A stretch of 27,959 nucleotides of DNA, taken from contig JBILDU010000035.1 of the NCBI GenBank assembly GCA_044352465.1, positions 1 through 27,959 on the forward strand, read 5' to 3'. Shown piece after piece: positions 27,792 through 27,959 of the stretch. The position numbers and the translations under genes were made by a program. The stretch is from Bdellovibrionota bacterium (GTDB lineage: Bacteria > Bdellovibrionota_C > UBA2361). The stretch's first letter is position 1. The number at the start of each line of letters is the position of its first letter. The notes under the pieces were generated by a model. It did no database searches. It worked only from the letters and a program-made list of their open reading frames with translations, and was not told the origin of the DNA.

Positions 27792-27959
27792 TTAGCTTCG
27801 CGAGAGTTTCTTGAATAAGTTGATCCGGAACAACATATACCAATTCGCCACAACGATAGAGAGCGCCAGGGTCAGGATCGGAGTGACAGTTCCCCCGAGC
27901 AGCGCCGCGATTGGGAGAGGGACGATGAGAGCTGGGGAGAGCGGGTCGATGCTTGCGAG
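27792..27959 (-). CDS. C-terminal end of a probable membrane protein (runs off the right edge)
   Basis: Manual translation gives an open frame LASIDPLSPALIVPLPIAALLGGTVTPILTLALSIVVANWYMLFRINLFKKLSRS*, hydrophobic with a basic tail. Family not identifiable. Confidence 0.55.
   Translation of the reverse strand, partial: LASIDPLSPALIVPLPIAALLGGTVTPILTLALSIVVANWYMLFRINLFKKLSRS

Overview
A GC-rich window from a Gram-negative bacterium; the gene order resembles deltaproteobacterial-type genomes, but the taxon cannot be fixed from sequence alone. The backbone is the LPS/housekeeping cluster on the minus strand: pyrG, kdsA, lptC, lptA, lptB, rpoN (rpoN runs off the left edge). This cluster is interrupted twice. 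About 19 kb between lptA and lptB carries an RND efflux pair, an MFS permease, a P1B-5-type metal ATPase, a hypothetical gene, an orphan PAS hybrid kinase and an alpha-2-macroglobulin/PBP1C pair. About 2.6 kb between pyrG and kdsA carries rsmB and an uncharacterised SAM methyltransferase. No kdsD or kdsC lies between kdsA and lptC. The most striking non-coding feature is a 176-bp near-palindromic MITE-like element with TAA duplications, 21 nt upstream of the rpoN start. Other signals are three tail-to-tail gene overlaps (one of 103 bp), a 3x15-bp repeat and dyads before the ATPase, a candidate three-way-junction RNA and operator before the macroglobulin, and an LptA with a long Lys/Pro-rich tether. 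I saw no rRNA, tRNA, CRISPR array, integrase or transposase. I cannot support a wholly new multi-gene system; the findings are leads to test.
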